DNA of 64,000 nt, taken from positions 1 through 64,000 of the forward strand of contig JAKMXF010000310.1 of NCBI GenBank assembly GCA_024704765.1, in the 5' to 3' direction. This DNA is from Oopsacas minuta. Its lineage: Eukaryota; Animalia; Porifera. The notes under the pieces are model-generated. The model had not been told where the DNA came from, ran no database searches, and saw only the letters and a program-made list of their open reading frames with translations. This document shows positions 27,926 to 40,686 of the stretch, in pieces. Position 1 is the first letter of the stretch. Every line of letters starts with the position of its first letter. The position numbers were made by a program, and so were the translations under genes.

Positions 27926-30900
27926 TTAAATGTGTAGGTTTGTAATTATTTGACTCAAGATGGGGTCAAGTTGGTCTTGATCTGAGTTGTAAGCAGAATA
28001 GCCCTGCATTGGTATTTCACCTCTTTGGAGCTCTTCAGCAAGTTCTTTGTCAAACTGCTCTTGGAGAATCTAAGAGAGGAATTGTATAATAATATTACAT
28101 GGTGATGTATAGGTTGTAACCATGATTATGGTTAAACCCTGTAATATAGTCAGTCAGCTCCTGAAATATAGATGCTCATGTTCAAGTGACCAGGAAATTT
28201 ACTTAGAAATTGTGTAATTTAATTATACTGTGTTGTTGGATCATTTTTACCCATTTTGAAATTTCAATATAAGCGGGCATTTCTTTATCTGTGTCTGAGT
28301 TCGATATAACAGGAGTTGACTGTATACTCGTGTATAGCTACGTATATAGTTTCAGGTTAATACAATGTAATGAGTACTCACTTTATCCGATGATGCGTGG
28401 GGGGACATATAATACTCGTTCTCTTTCTTCTTTATGTAAGCCTCTCTTACATTCAGCTCCACCTCCTTATCAGCTAACTCTCTGCTTCTAGCTTGAATCC
28501 ACTCCTGACGATATGGCTTGTAGTTAGGGGTAGAATTAGAAACTGTATCGGTGGCAATATGATCATTGGATGAATCCTGAATGCTGGAATAACCAGACGA
28601 GTATATAGAACTGTGAGAGTCTACACTAATGTCAGATAGAAGAGTAGAGAGATTGTAATTGTTTAAAAGATGCTGATTCTCTCCTATTATCTTTCTAGGA
28701 GCAGACAGGTTCAGGTTCTGAGTAGTGGGAGGTAGATTAGACAGGGTAGAGAGAAATGGAAAACTGTCAAGATCTGAAGAAGTAGTCTATTGAGAAATAG
28801 AATACTAGAATATAATATTTAGTTAGTTACTAGAGTAGATGGCAGAAATTTTAGCCATGTAGTACTTTCATCGCGAATGAAAGATATCAGTCTACGATCC
28901 ATGAAGCCGTTAGTTAGTACACCTCAGGATTCTTCTCCCAAACAAGATCACAAGGTGACAGAATCTCATGAAAAATGCGACGACATGGCCTACTTAATAC
29001 ACCGCAGTGGTATGTCACCGAGTAGGCCGAGTTAATTTTTTAAATTTTAAGACAAACTAACGCTCTTACGCTTACCATTTGCCAATTAAACTCTCCAGGG
29101 GTTTCCGTATATGAGGAATTCATTGAGACTACTTAGCAAGTTCTCACGGCAATCCTTCACGTGGTTAGGCTCTTTTAAAATTATGACATAAATATTTATA
29201 AAATTGCTCATCAATTTCAAATCCTCGAAATTGTACATTTTGAGAATTTGTTGCAAAATGATTTCAATTCATGTGTACTGTATAAATATGTGTACTGTAT
29301 AAATATGTGTACTGTATAAATATTCAGTATACAGGCTTTGAATCAATTAATTAACAATAAATTATAAAAATCAAATTTTAACAAATTCATTATTTTCATT
29401 ACAAATTAATACATCTACATTTTTCCTTCATCAAGCTATTTTAAACTTCTTGTTTATTTTGGTCATGCATTATTAAATAAACATTAAACTTTATGAAATG
29501 GAATGTTAACGTCATCGTCAAGGAATTCCTCATTTACGCAAACCCTAGAAATTTAATAGGCAAGTGATAAGAGCGTTAGTTTTCGGCTTTCTATTTTATT
29601 GGCCTACTTGGTGACATACACAGCCGTGGATTAAGTATGCCAAGGGGACGGTCATTGTTGGCATGGCAAATATAGGTGGAATGGCCCATGAGCTCCATCC
29701 ATCGTCCATATAACTAATGTTGTTCCTGGAAAAATGGGGCTACCAGGGCCGCATCAGCCATTTCAAAATGGATAAAAATTTTGGAAAAGGCTGATCTGCT
29801 ATTGACTCTAATCTCAGGAATGAAATCGAAATTTACCCAATATTTGGGGATTATATTATTCATATATAAAATGTGCAATTTTGTAAGTGACACGAATAAA
29901 AGTTTCCAAATCAAATTCTACGTCAATAATCTCAGCAAAGTTTACATTAAAGGGGTGACAACATGCGACCCCGTGTGCCGACGTTTTATTGCGCCTGAAC
30001 AAAATGCCTCATGGATCAGAGATTGGCCGAGTGTGGCTCTAGCCATTGCCTATCTCTGATCTACAATACAGACTATCATGTAAACATAATAAGCTACCGA
30101 ATTAATGCTGGATTGAGATACGTGTAAATCAGGCATTCTCTGAAAGCAATCAGTCCTGGGACTCTGAGAAAGTTTGTAGTCTGGAAGAGAGCGGTGTTGT
30201 TGCTGTATGTATGGATCTGTAAGGTTGTGAGATTCCTTAGCTGGCAGAGAGAAAGGAGGATTTAATAAGTCTAATTTACTGTTCTGAGGTCTGTTGGAGA
30301 AGCGGGGATTCCATGAGGTGTTGGTTGTATTCTGAGTAGGAATGAATTTAAATTGGTTATATTAGACTAAGAGGTGTGCTACTGTCGGAAGAGTTAAACA
30401 ACAGATTATGTTCAAATGATAAGACAAGTACCTGATATCCAGAGGGCTGTGGTAGTCTACAAGACTCAGGTCTGGGCTGAGGAGACATCTGGAAGAGATG
30501 AGAATCTTCTTCCGAATTAGAGTTCCTATACTCTAGATACGGACTGAGTGGCTCCCTCTTGTGATTAGGTCCATGACCCAGCATGCCAATGTTAGGTACG
30601 GTATTATTGTAGTTATTATGATAGGACACAGTTGTAGGATAGTTAGGGAATGTTCCTATCACGCCTCTATGTTGATATCTAGGAGATTTACTCCTGATAG
30701 ATGAATTGATAGAAGGCATGGAAGAGGAGTATGTGAAGGGAGTGGCTACATCTGGTAGTGGAGAGTTAAATCTAGAAATATGTAGATAGAAGATTAATAG
30801 TGAAAATTATGCAAATAATATTTAGGACGAAAACGAACAAAAATTGAATTTTTGTTTGACTTATCTTTGAGAGTTTTTATATTTATATTTTTGCCCAAAT

Positions 30901-33900
30901 TGCAAACACAGCTTATATTTAGTTAAATGGAATAACCCGGAGCACGATATTTTACCTGTGGGAGGGGGTATCGCCCCCCATGGCGACGTCTCTACTTGTT
31001 TTATCTATTTATAGATGTAAATATTCTTCATAAAAAGGCCCTGAATTTTAATATAGGTAAGGAATTTCCGATTTAAGCCACTTTGGGCCTTCAAGCCTTA
31101 TACAAACGGGGTGGTTGATAACTTGATATAAATATGGAACCGGTGTATTATCTATTTCAATGGGTCAAGTTAGAAAAAGGAAATACAGTCAAGTGCGCGA
31201 CTAATCCGGATTCGCTGGAACATCAGAAATATATCCGCATTCGCTGCACTCCCGATTACACGCACTCGAACTTACTAACATACACAACATAGTATATCAA
31301 AGGGAACATGATAAATAGTCAGATTTCGCAGACTTGACTGTATGTATATTATACAGCGTTATACGGAACTAACCCTGAATACCACTAAAGCATTGAATTT
31401 AGGTCTGAATTTTCTTTCACAGCTTTTGGCTCTATTTATAGTTTAAACGAAACTGCACTTCCTTGTTTGGAAATTAAATACCATGTATTCTAAGTTAAAC
31501 ATCGACCATGACAGACCACGGGAGTACTAGGTACTTTAAGTCTAAATATGTGAAAATTGGACCCACCACCTCGCTATGGGCCAAGTATTTAGGGTGACCA
31601 CCCTCCCCTGTACGTATTCGAATATTCGTTCGTTAGTCGTCGCTATTTCGAATATTAATAATAATTGTATACTACTGGGGTGTAACTAGAGATCCCAGAG
31701 CGAGGAGGCAAGGATGGATATTTGCCTCAATATAATGGCGATTACAATAATAGGGAGATGAAGCAACGCCAGAAAAAGCCTCCTCTGCCTCAATGCTAGT
31801 TATGCCCTAGTACTAATAAAACCTATAGGACAGCGTTTCCCAACCGGGGTCCACGGATGTATAGTAGTCTATGCACTATGAGAGTGGTCCACAGAATATC
31901 GATAAGCGTTCAGGGCGAAAAAGGATAAGAAACACAGCTAGGGAGATAATACAGTACCGAAGAAGTTTAACAGAAAGATGATTTATCTTTTTTAGAATGT
32001 ATCTCATGGAAAAGGACCAGATTAAGCTAACATACTGTATAGTCTACCTGTCTGAAGTGTCTAACGTAAGAGAGGATGGTTGTTTACGCAGGGGATCAGA
32101 AGGAGAAGAACCAATAGGAGTAACCTCCCACTGAGAGTTTGTGTTGTGAGAGTGTTTAGGTAGAGGTGTACTTTGAGGCTAAAAATATTAATATATAAGT
32201 AAATAACACGGTTCTAAAATAGAGCCGTGAAGGGTAAGTATAGAGCACAGGGTAGTTACTACTCAGTAGACTCTCGTTAACAAAAAGCAGGGATATAAAA
32301 ACTCAGAGGTATTACCACTCTAATTAAATTTTTTGAACGAATAGTATTGCAAAGTTATAACTAAAGGTTACTTAATGTAAAGTTAGTTAAGCAAATTGAA
32401 TCATTCTTTATCAATAAGGCTATAAAGTAGGAATTTCGTTTGTTCTAACGAGAGTATCGAATAAAATACAAACTATAAAATAAGAAATAAGTATAAAGTA
32501 TATAATAGTACATACAGGCGTTCTGGTCTGTGGAGGAGAATTAGAGCTATACTCTAAAAAGCTAGACAAGTGGTTCTTTCCTTTGCCAGACACCTACGTA
32601 CGTATGTAAGTATATAAGAAATGATAGGTTAGGTCATTATAAAGTAAATACCGTGTACTAATATACGCAAGTAAATTACCTTCAGGAAATGCACGAATCT
32701 CTCCATTATGTGACAGACAGATTTCAGATATGTTAATAAATTCTCCCAGGTTATTCTACTCTTCTCACCTATAACATAAACTACAATACATACATTGACT
32801 TATTACTTATATTACAGAATACCGTAGAACTCAGATAAGACGTACCCACTCGGGAAACAAAAACAAGTACGTACTAACCGAAGTACGTCTTATCCGAATA
32901 TTCTTCGTATACAATTAGTGCAAGCATAGAAACGGAAAAGCTTAAAGTACGTACTAAACGAAAGTACGTCTAAAACAGAGTTCTACTGTAATGGATCTGT
33001 AACATACCAGCGTTTGTACTAATAGAAGCAATGAGCTCCAGAGAGGGTTTGAGAGAAGAGAGATCCATAGGGTCTCCTGATTTCTTGAGGGTACTAATCA
33101 ATTCATGGATACTATTGTAGAAAGATTGTGCTGTTTGTAACTGTAGAGAAGATGTTATAATAATCAAAAAAGTAAATACTTTATGTTAGAGTATAATTGA
33201 ACGGATTTAGTAATTACAATTTCATAACAACCTTATCAATAATTGATTGCATGTGAGATTTATGATGAAGATCTCCGTAGATAAGACTAGACCATTGTTC
33301 AGGGGATATCCTCAGCCCAGCTTCATATGCTATCTGTACTATTTGAGCGTCATGCTCCCTCCTGAGAGCATCGTACTGTCGATACTAGAGAAAATACAAT
33401 AATAACATGATAAGAGTTGCTACCTTCTGGGATCATATTTATCAAATACAATAAATATATATAGACATAGTGATAATGTCTGAGCACATAATTTTCTTAC
33501 AAATCATCACTATATCTATAATAATTATACGCCATACATACAATAAATATGATAAACCAAAATTGAGTAAATAGTTTCTTGCCTACAGTGAATAGAGTAT
33601 TTATTTGCTTATTGTGATTAAAAAAATTGTTTTTCTCAGATATACCGGACAAATGTTTCTTTCCAGGGTTATTGATATTATCACTTAAATCGACCAGGGA
33701 CACTCCTGGAGCGATCCATTGTATACTGTATATCTGCTGGAGTCTGATCAGTGATAGAAAAATAATTGTATTCAGTGATTATACTATGTTACTCAAGTGT
33801 ATAACTTACATCTTCCTTTAGCTGGAGAAGAGAAGAGGCATCTTTTCGCTTTGTAACCTAAATAAACATATTAGAGATATTACTAACACGTACTACTGAT

Positions 33901-36080
33901 TATAATATTTTGTGGATGTTCTATTCACGTGATGTGATCATATAATTGGACCCTGTGAACAATTAGCTACGGCTAACAAGGTTTATCCATTAAAGTAGTA
34001 TCTATCTATCATATTAGTTGCATAGCACCCAACCAAATGTTAGTTATTATTTAAATTCTACTTCATAAATAGATGAACTGACATTGAAACAAGACGCACG
34101 ATACAGGAGCTGAACAACATGTCCGACATTAGTCTTAGAAGCAGAAGGAAATTTGTCCAGTCTTGATACAACAAATAGTACTATGGATTTGCGAGGAAGA
34201 TGTTCTCCGTCTCTCAACAGGAAGTGAATCAGCTGTAGAGTGTTCTCTTGCATCTGAGGTCCTAGGAACTGACAGCCTCTCTGTCTTACTGCAGCCCAGA
34301 GGTGACTGGTTAGCATCTAGATGGAATAATAAAATAATTATATAATTTACACTGGGAGTGAGACATTTCTCTATAGATAGACATTTGTGTGCAGAGGATA
34401 TTTTGTACAGGAAAGATGACATTTTGAGGCACTAACTGTACAAAAATGTTCTTTTTACACCTTGCAGAGAAATATCGTACTAAGCTGCAGAGAACGATCT
34501 CACTCCCAATGCAACCAATATAATACCTGTGGATTCTGGTGTATAACAATAAGCTCATTGATACACCTCTCCCCGATAGAACGAGCAGCACGAATCAATT
34601 TGGTACGTCCCTCCTCGTCAGAGAGGGAACAGTTAGAAAGAGAGGAGAGTTTACGTTGCAGAGGTCTGCTCAGCAGGTGTTGCTGTCCTGAGGTTAATGG
34701 TGTGGATGTGTGTAGAGGTGATGTGTGAGATGCTGTAACAGGAGTTCCTGTACCCTGTACTCCAATCACCAGATAGTCTGCTAGCTCATCTAAGTACTCC
34801 TTAGCACGATCCATAGCTATGTCTGGATCTACCTCAGAGGGTGCAAGGTGGTAGGAGCTGGTGGTAGGAGATGATTGAGAGCTATTCTCTGGGAGAGGGG
34901 ATTCATCTAGACCTTTGAGGTCCATGACTAGCTGTAAAATAGCATAGTTTACTGGAACCTAATAAGATAGGTATAAGTTAGGATGAAACGGATATGAAAA
35001 TTATATTCGGAGCAAACACAATACAGTGTTAGAGGAAATATGTTCTATAGCTATTACTTATATCGTATCAGACACAGTTGGGTGAACAGTCTAAAAGTAG
35101 GATAGTTTACAAATGTGACTGTGTATTATGACTATAAAAGGAAACCTGTAAAACTAATAATGTTAGAAAATAATCGTATACATATTTGGATTGTAACGTA
35201 AATAACTCAAGGCTGTTGCTAAAGCAACCACAAATTACGTCAATACCCGAGAGTAGATTACTTGCGAACGCCTAGTGGATGGTGCTCTATACGCTTAGAA
35301 TAAAGCGCAACAATAGCTCGCCAGTCAAACGTAATCAAATCGAATAAGTACAATGGCACAATAATATAACATAAAATCTAGGACAGGATTGGATCAGGTA
35401 AATTATTGTTGAATTATCTGAAACTACGTAGTTTGCAAATATTAGGTTACTGATCTGGACAGATAACCAATAACAGCAGATCAGATATTGCATCTCAGTA
35501 CTACTGTACTATAGTTGAAATCGGGGTTTTTTTGTCTTCATTCCTCGTGTAAAGAAATGGAAACAAACCTCGATTTCAAGTGTACTTCGAGTAGTGACTA
35601 ATCTTACTTGAATAATCTCATGGAGGGTATAAATTAATTAATCCGTCAATAAAATCCCGATTACTGTTTAATCGGGATTTACACTTGATCGGTTAAACGT
35701 AAAGTCGGATCACCGGGACGAAAAACCTTACTCGCGAGGTGTCCCGGTTAAGCGGCTTCTACTTTACATCGCATTCAAGGTAATAAGGTATATAGTATAT
35801 CACTCACCTTCTGAATATCCACTTCATCCAGATGGGTGGGGCTGGAGTCGAGTGGGCATGCAATCAAGTTAGAAGTACAAGCCTTACATATAGTGTGTCC
35901 ACATGTAAGGGTAAGAGGGAGCTTGTCGAGACAGTTGAAAGCTTGCTTGCAGTTTGAACAGGATAGACAGTTACGTAGAGCAGATATACCGGAACTATGA
36001 GGGGGATTAGGGTATATAGAGGGTACTCTAATTGTAGCTGATTGAGGTTGTATATGAGATATATTTGAAGTCTGTGTCAT
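27926..36080 (-). CDS. RC3H1: Roquin (RING-HEPN-ROQ) RNA-binding E3 ligase; 13 coding exons, 888 aa by my reconstruction; no CCCH finger found
   Basis: Exons 36080-35808, 34931-34527, 34316-34083, 33857-33810, 33384-33232, 33140-33008, 32768-32680, 32593-32516, 32178-32048, 30771-30432, 30331-30098, 28786-28382 and 28069-27926, all GT-AG and phase-compatible. RING CSNC...CGHTICKAC...CPLD ends in Asp, as in Roquin. Other matches: SRPLQRKL...AARSIGER; [15 protein letters not shown]; [20 protein letters not shown]; [16 protein letters not shown]; [13 protein letters not shown]. The gene is co-orthologous to RC3H1/RC3H2. Confidence 0.92.
28987..29643. mobile_element. Foldback/MITE element with about 120-bp imperfect terminal inverted repeats, in a Roquin intron
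   Basis: Left TACTTAATACACCGCAGTGGTATGTCACCGAGTAGGCC...AACTAACGCTCTTA...ATGAGGAATTC mirrors right GAATTCCTCAT...TAAGAGCGTTAGTT...GGCCTACTTGGTGACATAC...GGATTAAGTA. Exact termini and TSD are not resolved. Confidence 0.8.
29271..29321. repeat. 3 x 17-bp tandem repeat ATGTGTACTGTATAAAT
   Basis: Three exact copies inside the foldback element. Confidence 0.95.
31831..31937 (+). mobile_element. Degenerate short hAT-type MITE
   Basis: Ends CAGCGTTTCCCAACC and GGATAAGAAACACAG. TSD is not convincing. Confidence 0.45.
32822..32988. mobile_element. Tc1/mariner (pogo/Tigger-like) MITE in a Roquin intron
   Basis: TA|CCGTAGAACTCAGATAAGACGTAC ... GTACGTCTAAAACAGAGTTCTACTG|TA. TA TSD on both sides. Confidence 0.8.
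35512..35582. mobile_element. Very short TA-flanked MITE
   Basis: TA|TAGTTGAAATCGGGGTTT ... AAACCTCGATTTCAAGTG|TA. Confidence 0.55.
35652..35680. repeat. Perfect 12-bp-stem hairpin AAATCCCGATTA-CTGTT-TAATCGGGATTT in Roquin coding intron 1
   Basis: Inverted repeat is directly visible. Probably transposon-derived. Confidence 0.7.
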
Positions 36081-37878
36081 CTAAGTATGGCAGATGGTAT
36101 ACGTGAGTCTGTTGATAAGTCTCTATATCTGATAATTATAATAACTGGATAGATACATGATAGAACAGATGCTAATAAATATAGTTACATACTCCTAATG
36201 ATGGGAAAGTGGATTACATACAAACAACAAACGTATCAACATAGTAAAGAGTGAAACCAGGAGAAACAATTGAATGATATTTTATTGTTCAAAAATGGAC
36301 TGGGAAGTGAATGTGAGAAACCAGAAAATCGACCTCTCGTCTATAACAATATACTATGTGACAGGGAAAATGCATGCATATTACCGTGTGTGGCATTTAA
36401 TATGATGAGTATAATATAATAATTACATTTAAATACAGTAAATAGAAGACACAAAGCTATAAATAGATATGATATGAAAGATTATTATCTACGTAATAGC
36501 AGTGTTTATATTATGCAAGATTGCAACTAATAATAAATTATTATTTGCTGCTGTAATTGTGAGGGTTTGAAAATAAAGACATACGTGGAGGAACATTTTA
36601 TGACTTAGGCTTACTTAAATAATGTTAATTATAATATTATTTGTTTGTTAGAAAACGTCAACATAGTAATAGATTTACAAGAATAAATTGAATTAATGTG
36701 ATGAAACTTTTTATGCTTTCAAGGGTATTAATTAAGTATACAATAATAAGTGACTTGAATGCAAATTTGTTTGTTTACAGAAGTTATAGTTTTGAGTCAA
36801 TCACTTCGTAATTGAAACTCTATTAACTAACAAATGCCGCATAGAACTCTTCGTTTGTTCGTATCCAATTAGAGATATATATAGATATATATAGTGGAGT
36901 CTCCGGATAACGGACACGTTGGTGATATGGCTTATGTCCGTTGTTGAGAATTGTCCGCTTCTCAGAGACTAGTCCATCTTTTCATCAAAACACCTAATAT
37001 GTATCAATTTAAATGCAGTTTTACATGTATTAAGGTAGAATAGTTACGGGAGAAGTCACAAGTTTCATTATACTGTGATAAGAATGAATATAATATTGAA
37101 TGATGACTGAGCATATTGGCATTGCTTTATACTCTATATATAGTATAATGGGTGCGCAAATAAGTCAGGAAGATAACTTTTTCTACTGGCTGACACTTGC
37201 AGACTAGCTACAGTATCTATTGTGGTGACAATGTTCCATAACTACTTCAAAACATCCTCGGCTTTCACAATTTTTAGAAGAGAAGTAAATAAAGGATTTG
37301 CTGAGGTTACGGGAGAGAAAGAAAACAGAGGAGCAGGTTACAGTCTAGAAAAATACGGCTAGGATTGGAAGTTTACATATCTATCATAGGACAGTGTTGG
37401 AAATGAATTGTGCGAAATAGACTATGCTGGGAATAAACTGGCTAAAATCATAAAGTTGTCATTTTCCTAGACAAATCTTGTATAGAATGAGAAGTAAGTA
37501 GCTAGAGGAATTAACATATTGATGGTTTCAATTAACCAATACAAATATTCATAATTATTGTCTGAGTGTGGTAAGGTACAGACACTGTGGCACCTTTCAT
37601 TTATTACTTCTAATTATTGCATATTTCACACAGTAGAGTTAGTAGACATATTAATAGATATCTCATTAGATAATTCAATGATAGCTCAAGTCACCACCCA
37701 CTCTTAGTCCTCCCTGGTTCGGCGCGTCGGCGCCAATGGTTGTCGGATAGAGCTTTAGGACTCAAGTAAAGATGTTGTTTAATATTAATCGAATCCAACA
37801 AAAATTGAGAACATTTAAGGTTACATTAATATAACTTTCCCATAAAACAGCTGATTATACAGTCTCATAAATATTATC

Positions 37879-39422
37879 CTACCAGTAGAGAGTATTAGAT
37901 ATAAATGTACCTAACCTCCCCCAGAAATTAGGCTGACTTTCGTCATCCATTCGAGCAACTGCCTTGCCACTGATTATAGGATGAGTCATGTCATCTTCTG
38001 GGATGTAGTCTGGTAAATCTTTCCCTGTAGCATCACATGAATCATGTATATATGAGAGTAATATCTCACCCTCTTCATTCTTAACGACCTGTTGAGCATA
38101 TAAGCTGAGGTTCCTGTAGAGATATCTACACAATTCTTTTCCTGTTATACTCTCTACTATTCGTACCTTACATCTCTGTTGAGACATGTTGAAAGTGAAA
38201 CTGATTATTCCCTTCATTTCGAGGAGTTGCTTCTCAACTAAAGCTTTGTTCGTTTCATCAAGAGATGTTATTTGCAGAACTACTGTACGTGCTCTGGAAT
38301 TTTGACTTATGAAACTACCTCCTCCATAACTTGATCTCCTAAATGGATATACGTACAAATAAATTAGAATGACTTAATACAATCTGCTCTGTATACAGGG
38401 CTCTCAACCTGGAAACCTTCAAAATCGTGACGTTCGTCAAAAATCTCACGATTCTATCGTAAGATGTGCAATTTAGTATTAATTTTCTGTGAAAAGACCA
38501 GGGATTCTGCATTATTGAAGGCTCCGAAATTGTGAGAATTGACAGCCCTGTGTGTATTTAGCCGGCTGAAATACAAAAATTCGTACGATATAACTTATTA
38601 CTCAATATTCTTGCCTTTATTCGTGGATATGATACTTCGGTGCGTATTCAAGGATTTACGATATACACAAGATTACGCAGTTAGATGGCGCGGACGTTAT
38701 CAGAGCATCTATAGCATATGGGAACTATACTAACAGTACGGAAAACGGCTTTAATCAACATGAGGGAGATAGAGAGAGAGGGAGAGTGTGTTTGTTATAT
38801 TTTCATATATGAAAGACAATATTATATTTACGTTGATATTCAGACAGTCTACTATACATATTGAATACAGTCGTTAGTGTCTATTTTTTCCTGAAAAATA
38901 CACGGCACAATAGGAAAAATCCCAAATAAACACCATAACCCTAAGGCTAACAGTTTAGAATGTAGCAGGTTATGTACATCGTGGATTTTTAAAACATATA
39001 TTATTGTAAATAAAATAATTCCTGATTATATCCTCCTACCTTCTTAAACTAGCTCTTGCACAGAAGTTAATAGAGTCCAACACTTGCTGAGCCATTACCT
39101 GGGTTTCATGATCAGAGATATGAGATAATACTATATTCTCTAGTGAGAATACTAGTTTTTCTTGTGACTTCATAACCTTCTTGTTGGTAGGATTCTGAGC
39201 TAGGAGAGATAAAGTCTCTAGAGAAGTTTGGACAACAATTGTATCTTCATCATCTAAGAAGAGGATGAGAGCTGCTACACAAGAATTGTCTTTCACCATG
39301 CGTATTCTATTGGATGTGTCTCTAGCTAGCTGTTTATATCTACGGACTAAATTCCTAGACTCAGTGATTGTATCTGGTTTAGCATGAGGCGATTCGTCAA
39401 TGATTTCAGGAGTAAGAGACAT
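37879..39422 (-). CDS. ARMC1: Armadillo repeat-containing protein 1; 2 exons (39422-39040, 38338-37879), 280 aa
   Basis: ARM region KQLARDTSNRIRMVKDNSCVAALILFLD; HMA-like domain RARTVVLQITSLDE...KGIISFTFNMSQQRCKVRI; AQQVVKNEEGE; LPDYIPED; C-terminal FISNTLYW anchor as in ARMC1. The phase-2 junction AG|G is in frame. Confidence 0.93.
38396..38550 (+). mobile_element. hAT-type MITE in the ARMC1 intron
   Basis: TIRs CAGGGCTCTCAA and TTGACAGCCCTG. TSD TCTGTATA / TGTGTATT matches at 6 of 8 positions. Confidence 0.7.
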
Positions 39423-40105
39423 TTTCTTACCTAACAAACTGGCTCTAGTGAAGATACGGGAATTAGAACGTTTGAATGTGTAGATGGAGCCGAAGAAAGA
39501 CTAGACAGAATGAAGATATTACTGTGACAATAATGCAAATATTTTTGGGATATATTTACAAAATTAATTTATTAATCTGCTAAAGATTGCAGACTGAATG
39601 ATAAGCTTGATATGTTGAGCAGTTGCGAACCTATTGGACACGGTCTAAGTCTAAGTCTAAGTCCATGTCGATGTTGTTAGCAATTTGATTAATTAACATG
39701 AAAATTAGGTAATTTGGGGCGTAGATTAGCAATTGGAGTTTCGAAACAGTAAAGTACGAATATTCGAATATATCCGTTCGTTAGCATTCAACACTTTCAA
39801 CACAAATTCTAATAAAAATTCATTATATGCGACCTTTTCTCTCTCAAATAGAAAATAATGAAATGTCTATACAAGAATGGATTATTAATCCTAGCACAGG
39901 TTAGAATGTACGTATTATACATAAGCATGTAAAAGTTTCACATTTATCTAAATAAAAGCTACATTTTGCAATCTTGGCTTGAAAATATACCCAACAAACC
40001 TACTTAGATGTATCAAAATGTATCAAACGAATTTCGAATTGTCTGCATATTCGTTTTAGCCTTAGAAATTTAACACCATTTTTATGATTTATCATATTTC
40101 ACATA

Positions 40106-40201
40106 CAGGAAAACTCGGATAAAGAAGGCATACACTGAGATAGTTATTAGTACGTATGAACTTTTGATTCCAAAGGAGTACGTCTTATCCTTGTTCCGCT
40201 G
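40106..40201. mobile_element. Degenerate Tc1/mariner MITE (same family as 32822 and 48147)
   Basis: TA|CAGGAAAACTCGGATAAAG ... GTACGTCTTATCCTTGTTCCGCTG|TA. Confidence 0.6.
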
Positions 40202-40235
40202 TATTTCAATGAAAATTTAAGGAGATACTCAGACA

Positions 40236-40686
40236 TGGCCTGCTTAATAAAATAATCTATAATTTAAAATACTAAAGTAAGCCATTACTGAGATTAATGA
40301 TTAACGTTGTCCTTAATTAATTAACAATTTAATGTATGTCTGTCTGTATTTACTCAAATAGTAACCTCGGGATTATTAATTCTTAGCTTCCTAAGGGCGA
40401 TTAATTATTTGGGCGGCGCGTTATCCGGTTTCTAGATATGAAGAATCTATTGCGGGCATTAATACATTCGAACGGTAATCCTTCATTTCGTTTAGGCATA
40501 ATTTATGTGATATGATGTCCAGTTAATCCACCTTGAGTATCATCTTAAACATGAAATACAAAGGTAAAGATCAAAATATGAGGCTTAGTTTGTTCTAAGG
40601 ATAATGAGAATAATCATAATGGCCTTATTTTCTAGCCTTCTCGGGACAAATACGTATAAATATATAGCCGTATATTAAGCAGGCAT
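40236..40686. mobile_element. MITE with short TIR (G)GCCTGCTTAATA, related to the ends of the 28987-29643 element
   Basis: ATGGCCTGCTTAATA at the left and TATTAAGCAGGCAT at the right. The left context GACATGGCCTnCTTAATA is shared with 28982-28999. Confidence 0.45.

Noticed and set aside
37150-37470. Exon-like stretch between ARMC1 and Roquin
   Set aside because: It has an acceptor-like TCTAG on the minus strand, but only a very short ATG-initiated frame and no homology. It may be Roquin 5' UTR and cannot be supported as a gene.
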